From IMG/VR virus record IMGVR_UViG_3300037312_000757: a stretch of 64,000 nucleotides of DNA, one strand, 5' to 3'. This DNA is from a virus. Lineage: Duplodnaviria; Heunggongvirae; Uroviricota; Caudoviricetes. Under the pieces are notes generated by a model, which worked only from the letters and a program-made list of their open reading frames with translations, had not been told where the DNA came from and searched no databases. Positions 9,369 through 17,538 of the stretch are shown in pieces; position 1 is the first letter of the stretch, and each line of letters begins with the position of its first letter. The position numbers and the translations under genes were made by a program.

Positions 9369-9393
9369 TATTAGTATATCAGCTACCTACTGC

Positions 9394-9906
9394 TTAAACG
9401 TTGCCTTGAGACTTTGCAGCCAAGTAACGTTGTACTGCTTCGTTGTGGAGCGGGAACGCAAGGTCGTCAGCAAACGAAAGCTTCACCACCTCCAGTGTTT
9501 CGGGGCATGCAACGGCGGTTGCCAGCAATGCTTCATCCAGCGTTTCTGTGTAAATGCAGAACGACAGGATCTGGCCACCAGGTGTAGGTGCCGAATAGAA
9601 CTGATAGAACTTGTTTGCGTCAAGCTTGATGCCGCTTTCTTCGAGAATCTCACGGGCGACCGTTTCTTCGATGCTTTCGCCCTTCTCGCTAAAACCACCC
9701 ATCAGCGCTCGTTTGCCATAGCCGTAACCCTTGATGCCACGAACGCCGCCAAGCAAGCCATCGCCCATCGGGACAATACCAACACCAACTACATTCGGCG
9801 AATCGTAGACTTCACGCTTGCATGCTTCGTTGACACAAACACGGGGGAATGTTTCGACTTGGGTGTACTTTGTACCGCAGTGATGGCAAAAATTGAAAGC
9901 TGGCAT
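9394..9906 (-). CDS. Nudix hydrolase with N-terminal Zn ribbon
   Basis: FCHHCG..C..C and Nudix box GGFSEKGESIEETVAREILEESGI; start at 9906 because the longer ORF overlaps the tRNA. Confidence 0.9.
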   Translation of the reverse strand: MPAFNFCHHCGTKYTQVETFPRVCVNEACKREVYDSPNVVGVGIVPMGDGLLGGVRGIKGYGYGKRALMGGFSEKGESIEETVAREILEESGIKLDANKFYQFYSAPTPGGQILSFCIYTETLDEALLATAVACPETLEVVKLSFADDLAFPLHNEAVQRYLAAKSQGNV

Positions 9907-9926
9907 GTTTTCTTCTTGTAGGAATT

Positions 9927-10003
9927 TGGCGGTCCCTGTGGGATTCGAACCCACGACCCTTGGTTTTGAAGACCAGTGCTCTGACCGCTGGAGCTAAGGG
10001 ACC
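9927..10003 (-). tRNA. tRNA with anticodon UCA (opal suppressor, Trp-like body)
   Basis: GGTCCCT TA GCTC CAGCGGTCA GAGC A CTGGT CTTCAAA ACCAA GGGTC GTGGG TTCGAAT CCCAC AGGGACC G CCA: 7-bp acceptor, T-arm, encoded CCA, loop CU-UCA-AA. Confidence 0.9.
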
Positions 10004-10025
10004 GTTGCGTGTTGCTATAGTTCGT

Positions 10026-10053
10026 ATTCTACTGCCATATGGCAGCAAGTCAA
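10026..10053 (-). promoter_or_regulatory. sigma70 promoter of tRNA(UCA) with palindromic spacer
   Basis: TTGACT-16nt-TAGAAT; spacer contains perfect 14-bp palindrome CTGCCATATGGCAG. Confidence 0.65.
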
Positions 10054-10083
10054 CACTTTTACGAACTACAGCAACCGTATTGC

Positions 10084-10554
10084 TTACTCGTGATCGTAAT
10101 CGTCAACTGTGACGCCTGATGCAGTCACGCGAATGCTGACGTGGTCGCCGAATGCAAACTGAAGCACTTCTTCGCCGAGCGGACTATCCATGAAGTGGAC
10201 CAGATCGTCGAGATCTTGAATGCGACTATGACGGCGGTAACCAGTAAACGTCTGGAGGTCAGCCGGTTCATCATCTTCGCTGTCCCATTCGCCATAGTGG
10301 TTGATGTCTTCATAGTTCGCAGCATAGACATCACTGACACGGAACACACATTCGTCACCATCGTTGAAATATGGTGTGTACTGAACCCACGTGATCACCT
10401 TGATTTCGGGGTGACGAGCGAAAATGCCCTTCAGCTCACTGAGGAAAGCTTGCTTGGCTTCGTTGCGGGCGTTGTCCATCGTCTGTTGCAGACGCATGAC
10501 TGTGTCTTGAAAAGTTGCCTGTTGAATTTGTGTCATTTTAGTCTTCGGCGCCAA
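10084..10554 (-). CDS. conserved phage hypothetical protein
   Basis: WVQYTPYFNDGDECVF...DYDHE. Confidence 0.75.
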   Translation of the reverse strand: MAPKTKMTQIQQATFQDTVMRLQQTMDNARNEAKQAFLSELKGIFARHPEIKVITWVQYTPYFNDGDECVFRVSDVYAANYEDINHYGEWDSEDDEPADLQTFTGYRRHSRIQDLDDLVHFMDSPLGEEVLQFAFGDHVSIRVTASGVTVDDYDHE

Positions 10555-10909
10555 ATGGGATATGTTTGCGGTTTGTGCTAGGGTTCGACTTTTGTGTGCC
10601 TGACATCCATGGCTGAATAGTCATGTTGTTCAGGTATTGTTCGACGGTCGGAATAAAACCCAAGTCTTCCTTGATGTGCTCTTCAGCAACATCACGCGGA
10701 CTGTATTCCTTTCCGTCAGAATTGGTACGCACCACGCCGTACATTTGTTCCACCAGAAAGCAGCCAAATGCACTGTGAAGGATTGCACGATGACGAATAT
10801 CAGGCATGCAAGCCTTGCTTGAGTCGATAAAGTTGTGGATATCCATGTAGTCTTCAGCTACACCACCAAACTTCTTTACCGAGATCTTGGCGTGGAGATA
10901 GGGTTTCAT
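10538..10909 (-). CDS. conserved phage protein (DUF6915-like)
   Basis: PYLHA..S...GG..EDY..IH..D.SK...RHRA.LH...AEEHI.EDLG. Confidence 0.75.
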   Translation of the reverse strand: MKPYLHAKISVKKFGGVAEDYMDIHNFIDSSKACMPDIRHRAILHSAFGCFLVEQMYGVVRTNSDGKEYSPRDVAEEHIKEDLGFIPTVEQYLNNMTIQPWMSGTQKSNPSTNRKHIPFGAED

Positions 10910-10913
10910 TTTA

Positions 10914-11201
10914 TTAGAGCTTGATCAGAACGTTCGTGATAACCGAGTCCGTATCCTTGAACAAGGGATCGACAACAGCATGCGATTCGAGAATGACCAC
11001 ATCGGTGATCTTCGATTCGTCGAACAGCTTCCAGTCAGCTGCGTGAGCGACACCATTCGATTCTTGCTGCGTGCCACGCAGACGGTATTGGTTGTTCTTG
11101 TCTGTGCCGTAGACATGCGGGTTGATCACACGGACTGCGCCGTTGTACGTGAACTTGACTTGCTTGCGTTGCGAGATGGCTGCGAAAATTTCTGCGTTCA
11201 T
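10914..11201 (-). CDS. stand-alone WYL-domain protein
   Basis: AI-x3-K-x-V-x-F-x-Y...R.I.PH.YG...WKLF...KI pattern. Confidence 0.7.
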   Translation of the reverse strand: MNAEIFAAISQRKQVKFTYNGAVRVINPHVYGTDKNNQYRLRGTQQESNGVAHAADWKLFDESKITDVVILESHAVVDPLFKDTDSVITNVLIKL

Positions 11202-11497
11202 TATTTTAGTTCTGCGTAAGAGATTGAGCATTCGACAATGAATTGATTGTCGAGGAATTTCACCGGTACCACGTTGTACAGCTTTGCATCTTCAACTTCC
11301 AGCACCGGCATATGCATACCAATTGCGACAGGCTGATAGCTGAAGTCGATCACGACGTTTTCCCATTTCTGGCCTACTACGCCTTGGGCTTTGGTCGTGC
11401 GCTCTTGATTGAGCGAGAAAATACGACGAAGCAGTGAAGTCTTGACTTCGATTTCACCAGTTTCGACCGTCAATGTTGGTCGTTTTACGAATTTCAT
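11201..11497 (-). CDS. hypothetical protein (paralog of 12289..12609)
   Basis: MKFV.RP...VIDF...Y.V.P..F.D...VEC.I..A. Confidence 0.7.
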   Translation of the reverse strand: MKFVKRPTLTVETGEIEVKTSLLRRIFSLNQERTTKAQGVVGQKWENVVIDFSYQPVAIGMHMPVLEVEDAKLYNVVPVKFLDNQFIVECSISYAELK

Positions 11498-11498
11498 G

Positions 11499-12062
11499 TT
11501 AGTCCCAAAGTGATTGATAGTGTTTGCCGAAGAGCTCGAAGCCTTCTTGCACACGAGCAGCATATTCTTCGTGACCCTTCTTGTCATAAGTGTCGTTTTC
11601 AAAGAACTTGTTGTCAGCATCTTCATCAAGCATTTGCTCGAACGACCAAATCATCTTGTCCATGATCTCGTCCCACTCAGCAAAACCCGCTTTGTCTGCT
11701 TCGTCATCACCTTCTTCGTAGAAGTCGAAGCAAAGTTGCGGCCATTGATGATTCGAACGATCCTCAAAGCCTTTCATGCTGATAGGCGCTCCATGCTTAG
11801 TTTCCTTGAGGATCTTCAACATAGGGAGCACGATGTGCGCAAGTGTGTAGTCCATACTCCAAGTGTCATACTTATCGATCTGAATATCGATCTGACGTTG
11901 ACGCTTTCTGTGGATCCACTCACAGAAGTCTGCAAACTTCGTGGCTGCGAGCTTTTCGCCGATTTTCTCGTGCGTTTCTTCCTTGAAGCCGACATACTTC
12001 AGCAGCTCAGCGATTTGGTAAGGCCCCCACCAATTCAAATATGGTCCGATCTTTACTTTCAT
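11499..12062 (-). CDS. conserved phage hypothetical protein
   Basis: MKVKIGPY...DTWSMDYTLA...GFELFGKHYQSLWD. Confidence 0.8.
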   Translation of the reverse strand: MKVKIGPYLNWWGPYQIAELLKYVGFKEETHEKIGEKLAATKFADFCEWIHRKRQRQIDIQIDKYDTWSMDYTLAHIVLPMLKILKETKHGAPISMKGFEDRSNHQWPQLCFDFYEEGDDEADKAGFAEWDEIMDKMIWSFEQMLDEDADNKFFENDTYDKKGHEEYAARVQEGFELFGKHYQSLWD

Positions 12063-12289
12063 TGTTGTTCGAAAATAGGAATAACTTCGCTTTCAGTCTC
12101 GATCCACACCTTTGCACCACATGACAGAGGTTTGTCAGGTGAATACACAACACGGCAAGGCCCTGTGATCTCAGCAGCGTAAGCGTAGGTGTTAGACTTG
12201 TAAGTCTTGATCGTTAGCACGGGCTCACGTTCATCGTTCTTTGCGTTCGACTTGATAATGTGCTGATTGACGTGGACAACGGTTTTCAT
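12059..12289 (-). CDS. conserved phage hypothetical protein
   Basis: IHVNQH-type start, YSPDKPLSCGAKVWIET. Confidence 0.75.
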   Translation of the reverse strand: MKTVVHVNQHIIKSNAKNDEREPVLTIKTYKSNTYAYAAEITGPCRVVYSPDKPLSCGAKVWIETESEVIPIFEQQ

Positions 12290-12609
12290 TATTGTTCTTT
12301 TGCGTGGTCGATACCGCATTCAACGACAGTCAAGCTGTCGTCTACAAAATTTAGTGGGATAACACCATACATTGTCAGCCCGTCAATCGTCAGTTGATCG
12401 ATCTTGGTATACAGTTGTACTTGATGTTGCTCAAAGTCGATGACTGCTTTCGACCACGTGATTCTTCCATGAAAGTAATGTGTCATGACTGGTGGCTTCA
12501 CCAGCATACGCACATGCCACGGAAGGCTGCGATATTCGGGATCGTCCTTATTGGGACGGTCAATGCCGATTACATCGACAGATTTGACGGGTCTTGAAAC
12601 AAACTTCAT
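12289..12609 (-). CDS. hypothetical protein (paralog of 11201..11497)
   Basis: Shared motifs with 11201..11497. Confidence 0.7.
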   Translation of the reverse strand: MKFVSRPVKSVDVIGIDRPNKDDPEYRSLPWHVRMLVKPPVMTHYFHGRITWSKAVIDFEQHQVQLYTKIDQLTIDGLTMYGVIPLNFVDDSLTVVECGIDHAKEQ

Positions 12610-12716
12610 GTGCTTTGTTATTATTGTGCATCACAGACAACATTATACATATGGCAACTGAAGCCACAAGGCAAAGATGGCACCATTGTGGTGCCATCCT
12701 TAAAGTTGATTCTGTC

Positions 12717-13340
12717 TTACACTGCAACCGACTCAACTGCCTTGAGTGTTGCAACGCCGTCAGCGTCAATCTCAAGCGAACAATCTCGAAGACGAATTGA
12801 ACCCTTCGTACTGTCATGATCCGGTGTTTCTCGCGTCGACCATGGACACAATGCATTGACGTGATGCACGTAGAACGTTTTGCCCTTCGTTTTCAGTACC
12901 CACATGGGAATCCAGGGGAACTCGAGGTGCTTCTTGTTGAAGTGAAAGTCGACACGATCACAGTGCTCAATGCTGATCGGGAACGACGCCAGGTGTTCCT
13001 TCATCGCTTTACGCATGTTCGTGATGTTACCCATGCGAATCTTTGCCTCGTCCAGCACCGTACAGAGCTTATGGGCGGCTACTGACATACCCTTGAGCTT
13101 CTCCCTTGCTCGCGTGTAGGCAACAAAGTGTGGATTGGGCTTGTACTTTGCGTTAGGTGTACCGCGCACAGCTTCCCATTCACGTTCGTGCTCGTTCGTG
13201 AGCTTCTCGTAACGCTGCACAGTTTTCTTTTGCGCCTTGATGCGTGAGCTGACTTGCTTATAAACATCGGCCCACTGTTTGCGCCATTCTTGATAACCTG
13301 CGTAGGTGGTAAATTGGGGTTTCAGTCCGTAAATGCTCAT
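12717..13340 (-). CDS. hypothetical protein
   Basis: Helical N-half plus C-terminal FHFNK...WVLKTKG domain. Confidence 0.7.
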   Translation of the reverse strand: MSIYGLKPQFTTYAGYQEWRKQWADVYKQVSSRIKAQKKTVQRYEKLTNEHEREWEAVRGTPNAKYKPNPHFVAYTRAREKLKGMSVAAHKLCTVLDEAKIRMGNITNMRKAMKEHLASFPISIEHCDRVDFHFNKKHLEFPWIPMWVLKTKGKTFYVHHVNALCPWSTRETPDHDSTKGSIRLRDCSLEIDADGVATLKAVESVAV

Positions 13341-13342
13341 GA

Positions 13343-13693
13343 TTAAATTCCGTTCCAAGTAAGTTTAAAGAGTACCGCATCGACATGTGATTCGAAAATC
13401 ACACCAACTGTATAAGAGCAACCAGATTCCCACCCTACGTGGTCGTATTTGCTCGTACAGTTGTCAATACACCATTGTTTCATATCAGCCATTGATCCAT
13501 ATGTGAAATCATAACACTTCACCAGAAACCAATTAGCTGGATATTTCTTACGCACTTCTGCGATGGCGTATGAGTCTTCCCATTCATCTTCACCAACGAA
13601 GTCGTCGAAATCAAGTTCGTCGTTCTTCGTTTCCACTTCTACTTCTTTCTTTCCCAACAAATTTTTCAATGCTTGAAACATTGGTGTCTCCAT
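13343..13693 (-). CDS. small 'FKLxW' family protein
   Basis: QWCIDNC...FESHVDAVLFKLTW. Confidence 0.75.
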   Translation of the reverse strand: METPMFQALKNLLGKKEVEVETKNDELDFDDFVGEDEWEDSYAIAEVRKKYPANWFLVKCYDFTYGSMADMKQWCIDNCTSKYDHVGWESGCSYTVGVIFESHVDAVLFKLTWNGI

Positions 13694-13925
13694 TTTCTTG
13701 TTTTTCTGTTATTTGGTCACCAAATGCGAACAAGAACGCCATTGCTTCTAGTCGATCCTCTATTCTCCAAAAGTGGAATCGACCTGACTTCTTGTCGCGA
13801 CCTCTAAGCCATGTGGGTCTAATGGATAACTGTTCCACCGACTCACGTTTGATACGAGCCATTGCCTTGTGGAAGCTTTCACCGTCGCCGCCAAAAGGAG
13901 TCCGAACCTCGTATGTTATTGACAT
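13611..13925 (-). CDS. hypothetical protein, possibly 'FKLxW'-related
   Basis: WRIEDRLEAMAFLFAFG. Confidence 0.5.
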   Translation of the reverse strand: MSITYEVRTPFGGDGESFHKAMARIKRESVEQLSIRPTWLRGRDKKSGRFHFWRIEDRLEAMAFLFAFGDQITEKQENGDTNVSSIEKFVGKERSRSGNEERRT

Positions 13926-14356
13926 AGCGAGAACCTCTTGGTGATGTGATGAATTTCTGCTTTGCGAGCAGGACCGATACCCAGCGCAGTGATGATGGGT
14001 TCGCCTGTAAAAGCAGTGCCAGGGATGATGTGATGCTGATCGATAATCAGTTCACAGGGAATGCCAGCTTCCTTTGCGGCGTCGTACGCCTTCAGAATCG
14101 CGTCTTGGTTCTTGGCCTTCAGGCAGATTTTCGTGCCGATGCCGTCTCGCTGGTAAAAATCAGCGATATCAGGACGCTCTTTGAGAGCTTTGAGGTATGC
14201 ATTGAGATACGCGTGTCCGGCTTGTGCGGCAAGTTTGCCGGCAGACATGTTGAGATCGCCTCGCGTAATGGCGTAAAGACGATATGGGTCCTCTTCAGCT
14301 TCCGTTGCGGAATTCTGGAGGAACTCTTGCACTCAGCGATGGTCGAGATGATTCAT
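13916..14356 (-). CDS. pth2: peptidyl-tRNA hydrolase, Pth2 family; ATG 14356 separated from body by in-frame TGA (14333-14335); alternative GTG start 14332
   Basis: RGDLNMSAGKLAAQAGHA, KICLK, IID, TALGIGP = Pth2 motifs; SD AAGGAG 8 nt before ATG 14356. Confidence 0.85.
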
Positions 14357-14453
14357 TTCATTTGCTCCTTTTAGGGTTTCAGTTAGCTAGTGAAGATGTT
14401 TCACTAGAGATCATACTCTAGCATCGTACATCTTCACCGTGCAAATATTTATT

Positions 14454-15392
14454 TCACTTTGTTGCGTCGAGGTAACGAACGGCATCCAATGCAGCTTGAC
14501 AACCTGATCCAGCACTTGTGATGGCTTGACTATACACTGGGTCGGCAACGTCACCGCAAGCAAACACACCAGCTTTGCCGGTTCCTGTTTGGAACGTCAG
14601 ACCCTTTGTAGTCTTGATGAAGCCATAGTCATCAAGCATCAGCTGATCTTTGAACAGATCAGTATTTGGCTTGTGACCGATTGCAATAAACACGCCCGGT
14701 AGCCGGATTGATGTCAATGCTTGGCCGTTTGTGATGCTGATGGAATGCACACCGTTGTCATCACCATGTACTTCACGTAATGTAGAGTTCAGATGCAGCA
14801 CAATCTTGCCTTCATTGACCTTTTCCATCAAGTGATCGATCATGACTTGCTCAGCCTTGAATGTGTCACGACGATGGATCAAATGCACCTTGCTTGCGAT
14901 GTTGGACAGATACAGAGCTTCTTCAACCGCAGTGTTACCGCCACCAACTACCGCAACTTCCTGACCTTCATAGAAAAAGCCGTCACATGTTGCACAGCCT
15001 GATACACCACGTCCAAGGAATTCTTGCTCTGATGGCAGACCCAAATACTTAGCTGAAGCACCAGTCGCGATGATCAGCGAATCGCAAGTGTATGTGTCAC
15101 CAGTTTCTGTTGTCAGGGTGTATGGCTTGGTGTTGAGGTCAACGTTATTGACATAATCAATCACTACATTTGCACCAAAGCGAGTAGCGTGATCCTCGAG
15201 ACGTTGCATGAGGTCTGGGCCCATGATGCCTGTGACGTCGCCTGGCCAATTGTCAACTGTGGTGGTGGTCATCAGCTGGCCACCTTTGTCGAAGCCAGTG
15301 ATAACCGTTGGCTTCAAGCCTGCTCGTGCAGCGTAAAGGGCAGCGGTCCAACCAGCCGGGCCACTACCGAGAATAATGAGTTTTGAATGCAT
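14454..15392 (-). CDS. trxB: thioredoxin reductase
   Basis: GSGPAG, CATCDG, GGGNTA, HRR, GD motifs. Confidence 0.95.
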   Translation of the reverse strand: MHSKLIILGSGPAGWTAALYAARAGLKPTVITGFDKGGQLMTTTTVDNWPGDVTGIMGPDLMQRLEDHATRFGANVVIDYVNNVDLNTKPYTLTTETGDTYTCDSLIIATGASAKYLGLPSEQEFLGRGVSGCATCDGFFYEGQEVAVVGGGNTAVEEALYLSNIASKVHLIHRRDTFKAEQVMIDHLMEKVNEGKIVLHLNSTLREVHGDDNGVHSISITNGQALTSIRLPGVFIAIGHKPNTDLFKDQLMLDDYGFIKTTKGLTFQTGTGKAGVFACGDVADPVYSQAITSAGSGCQAALDAVRYLDATK

Positions 15393-15404
15393 ATTTTTCC
15401 AATG

Positions 15405-15441
15405 AAAAAGCCCCAGTAGGGTTTCTACTGGGGCTTATTTT
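15405..15441. terminator. intrinsic terminator
   Basis: AAGCCCCAGTAG/CTACTGGGGCTT hairpin with A/T tails. Confidence 0.7.
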
Positions 15442-15466
15442 ACTGGAAAGCTGGCTACTGGCCGAA

Positions 15467-15859
15467 TTACTTGATGTACGGCTTGACGTGCTCGACTGCC
15501 ATCTTGTAGCGCTTGCCATCGGCAGCTTCGACCTGCACCGGGTATTCGCGCGCCTTCGTGTTCCAGCCGATGATCTTGAACGTACCGAGCCGCGGATGGC
15601 TGTAGCTCTTCTCGAGGTCGATACCCGGGAGATACAGCTTCGCGTACACCTCCAGAGCACTGGCCTTGCGTTCTTGCTTGCGACCTTCACTACCTTGCGT
15701 CATGAACTCGACCTTCACGAGACTCGACGTCGGCGAGAACGACGCTCCGCGCACTGCCACGTTCAGGCCGTACTTCTTGGCAAACTCCTGCAGGTGAGCG
15801 TTGAGTGCAGCGTTGAGGTCACGTGCAACTGCGCGGTCGAACTGTTGAACTTTTTCCAT
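15467..15859 (-). CDS. hypothetical protein
   Basis: AAGGAGAG SD; C-terminal F.IIG.N...EYPV...DGKRYK. Confidence 0.7.
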   Translation of the reverse strand: MEKVQQFDRAVARDLNAALNAHLQEFAKKYGLNVAVRGASFSPTSSLVKVEFMTQGSEGRKQERKASALEVYAKLYLPGIDLEKSYSHPRLGTFKIIGWNTKAREYPVQVEAADGKRYKMAVEHVKPYIK

Positions 15860-15925
15860 TTGTTGCTCTCCTTTGTTGTTTACCATGCATCAAATGATAA
15901 GTTCACTTGAACCGCCAGTCAACAC

Positions 15926-16249
15926 TTATTTGACTATCACTCTCATTCTGTTGGCTGTGAACACAACCTCCAAGTATTCCGATACATAGTTCGGAGCCCA
16001 CCACTCGAATACTTTGAAACCATCAGCGATGGGGATTGACGTCGTTTCGACTAACCCGTTGCGCTTGACTGCTGCTTTGATAACGTCATCGCTGATGCTG
16101 GCGTAATGCGCCTCCAACAGGGTGTCACTGTTGTTCACCAGCATGAGCTGCGGTACGTTCACTTCACGCAGCGACAGCATAATATCGCTTGCTTTTCGTT
16201 CGAAAGCTTTGAAGGCAGTGTCGTAGGCCGCCTGCTTGATTCTGCTCAT
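15926..16249 (-). CDS. hypothetical protein
   Basis: 107-aa ORF. Confidence 0.6.
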   Translation of the reverse strand: MSRIKQAAYDTAFKAFERKASDIMLSLREVNVPQLMLVNNSDTLLEAHYASISDDVIKAAVKRNGLVETTSIPIADGFKVFEWWAPNYVSEYLEVVFTANRMRVIVK

Positions 16250-16332
16250 TTACCGTCCCAAATATATCAGTTAACTCAAAAAGAATGAGCTGCCATTTTA
16301 GCAGCTCATTCGGTCGTCAACAAGCGAAGTGA

Positions 16333-16785
16333 TTAGGATGGTTCGTGGTCCCTGATGCGCTCGCGTTGTTGTGCATCGTATTTGTGGGCAGACTTAGCAC
16401 CAGTTCCCGACATGGGCCAGAAACGGTCATCGTCTATGATGCTACGCCGAGAGTTCTGTGATGCTTCCCTGAGGTTGGCATATTGATCGGTGTGAGTGCC
16501 AGAAGGATATTCGACAGGCCGATCAGTTTGAGGCGATGCTGTTTGCATTTTCTCAACCACGTTCACAAATTGAATTACCGGGAAACTGTTCAACCAACCA
16601 GCTTCGGCACGCTTGCAGTTCTCCATATAAAAGTCGCAGCAAGCGCCCGATACTTCGACAAGCGGTGCGAATATTCCCCATGAAAGCAGATTTGCGTAAT
16701 TGGTTACGGCTTTTACCGTTGATACTTGGGCTTCAGCAACCAGTGTTGTGAGCCCGTTAATCCGCTTAAACGTTTCTGCCAACAT
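16333..16785 (-). CDS. hypothetical protein
   Basis: 150-aa ORF. Confidence 0.5.
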   Translation of the reverse strand: MLAETFKRINGLTTLVAEAQVSTVKAVTNYANLLSWGIFAPLVEVSGACCDFYMENCKRAEAGWLNSFPVIQFVNVVEKMQTASPQTDRPVEYPSGTHTDQYANLREASQNSRRSIIDDDRFWPMSGTGAKSAHKYDAQQRERIRDHEPS

Positions 16786-16814
16786 AGCGATCCCTTAATA
16801 AGCTAATATGTCAA

Positions 16815-16970
16815 TTACATGCCCTTTCGTTGTTGATCGGACTGCTGATTGGGATGCTTTTGCTGGCCCTGGTCTCTCCGTTGTTCCTGCTGGTTCGGTT
16901 TCTGATTCTGCTGGCCCTGGCCTTGATTCTGGCTCTGCGACTGATCCGACTGCTGATTGGATTGGCTCAT
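16815..16970 (-). CDS. Gln-rich 51-aa peptide
   Basis: MSQSNQQSDQ...; GGAG SD upstream of ATG 16970. Confidence 0.55.
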   Translation of the reverse strand: MSQSNQQSDQSQSQNQGQGQQNQKPNQQEQRRDQGQQKHPNQQSDQQRKGM

Positions 16971-17064
16971 GAACTTCTCCAGAGAGTTGAGATCCCCGTT
17001 ACCGGGACAAACAATTGTACAGAGCTGATCTGAAAGCGCAATACATGATTCATAGCCATCAATA

Positions 17065-17092
17065 CAAAAGGGCCACTTGCGTGGCCCTTTTG
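17065..17092 (-). terminator. terminator of tmRNA gene
   Basis: AAAAGGGCCAC-GCAA-GTGGCCCTTTT. Confidence 0.8.
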
Positions 17093-17532
17093 GGTGTTTT
17101 CTGTTGCTAGGCATTTCCTGCCCCGGCATCGCTTAATCCCGAAGGATTAAGCAGCCATCGCAAAAACGTTGTCGTTTGCGGTTACTTCTTTTGTGCGCTT
17201 TACGAGCGTCACCTCAACGGATACCTCGTCTAATCTTTATTACCGCCCGTCGAAACCAGGTCGGGCCCATCAGGACAGTCCTCAGAGTACCAACGGGGTA
17301 AGCACTTTACGCCTTATCAGTGCGTCGCTTTGCCCAATTACCCCCAGTGTGAACCAGGGCGCTTGTGAGAGCTACAGCCTGCTTAGTTAGCAAGTGCTCT
17401 ACTAAAACTCTGTCATTCTGCACGCTTATCGCGAATCTGCTTGCATTCAGACCACAAAGACTGTTTTGGTGGACCCGGCGGGAATCGAACCCGCGTCCGA
17501 ACCGTCTATTCCATTAGATGTCAACAGCATCA
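17093..17532 (-). ncRNA. ssrA: tmRNA, circularly permuted (two-piece): acceptor piece ~17532-17467, coding piece 17268-~17093
   Basis: 3' end GCGGG TTCGATT CCCGC CGGGTCC A CCA lies upstream of 5' end GGGCCCGACCTGGTTTCGAC; acceptor stem with G3.U70, A73; tag ORF 17179-17147 ANDNVFAMAA*. Confidence 0.92.
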
Positions 17533-17538
17533 AAACAA

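Noticed and set aside
9906-9954. Longer Nudix N-terminus (MGSNPTG...)
   Set aside because: It is the tRNA T-arm read as protein
9927-10003. tRNA-Sec / selenoprotein system
   Set aside because: 7-bp acceptor and 5-nt variable loop, not the Sec fold; TrxB has CATC; the loop after the pth2 UGA (CTCCA) lacks the G expected in a bacterial SECIS
17467-17500. Isolated tRNA fragment or attP site
   Set aside because: It pairs exactly with the 5' end at 17268 as a tmRNA acceptor piece; no integrase nearby
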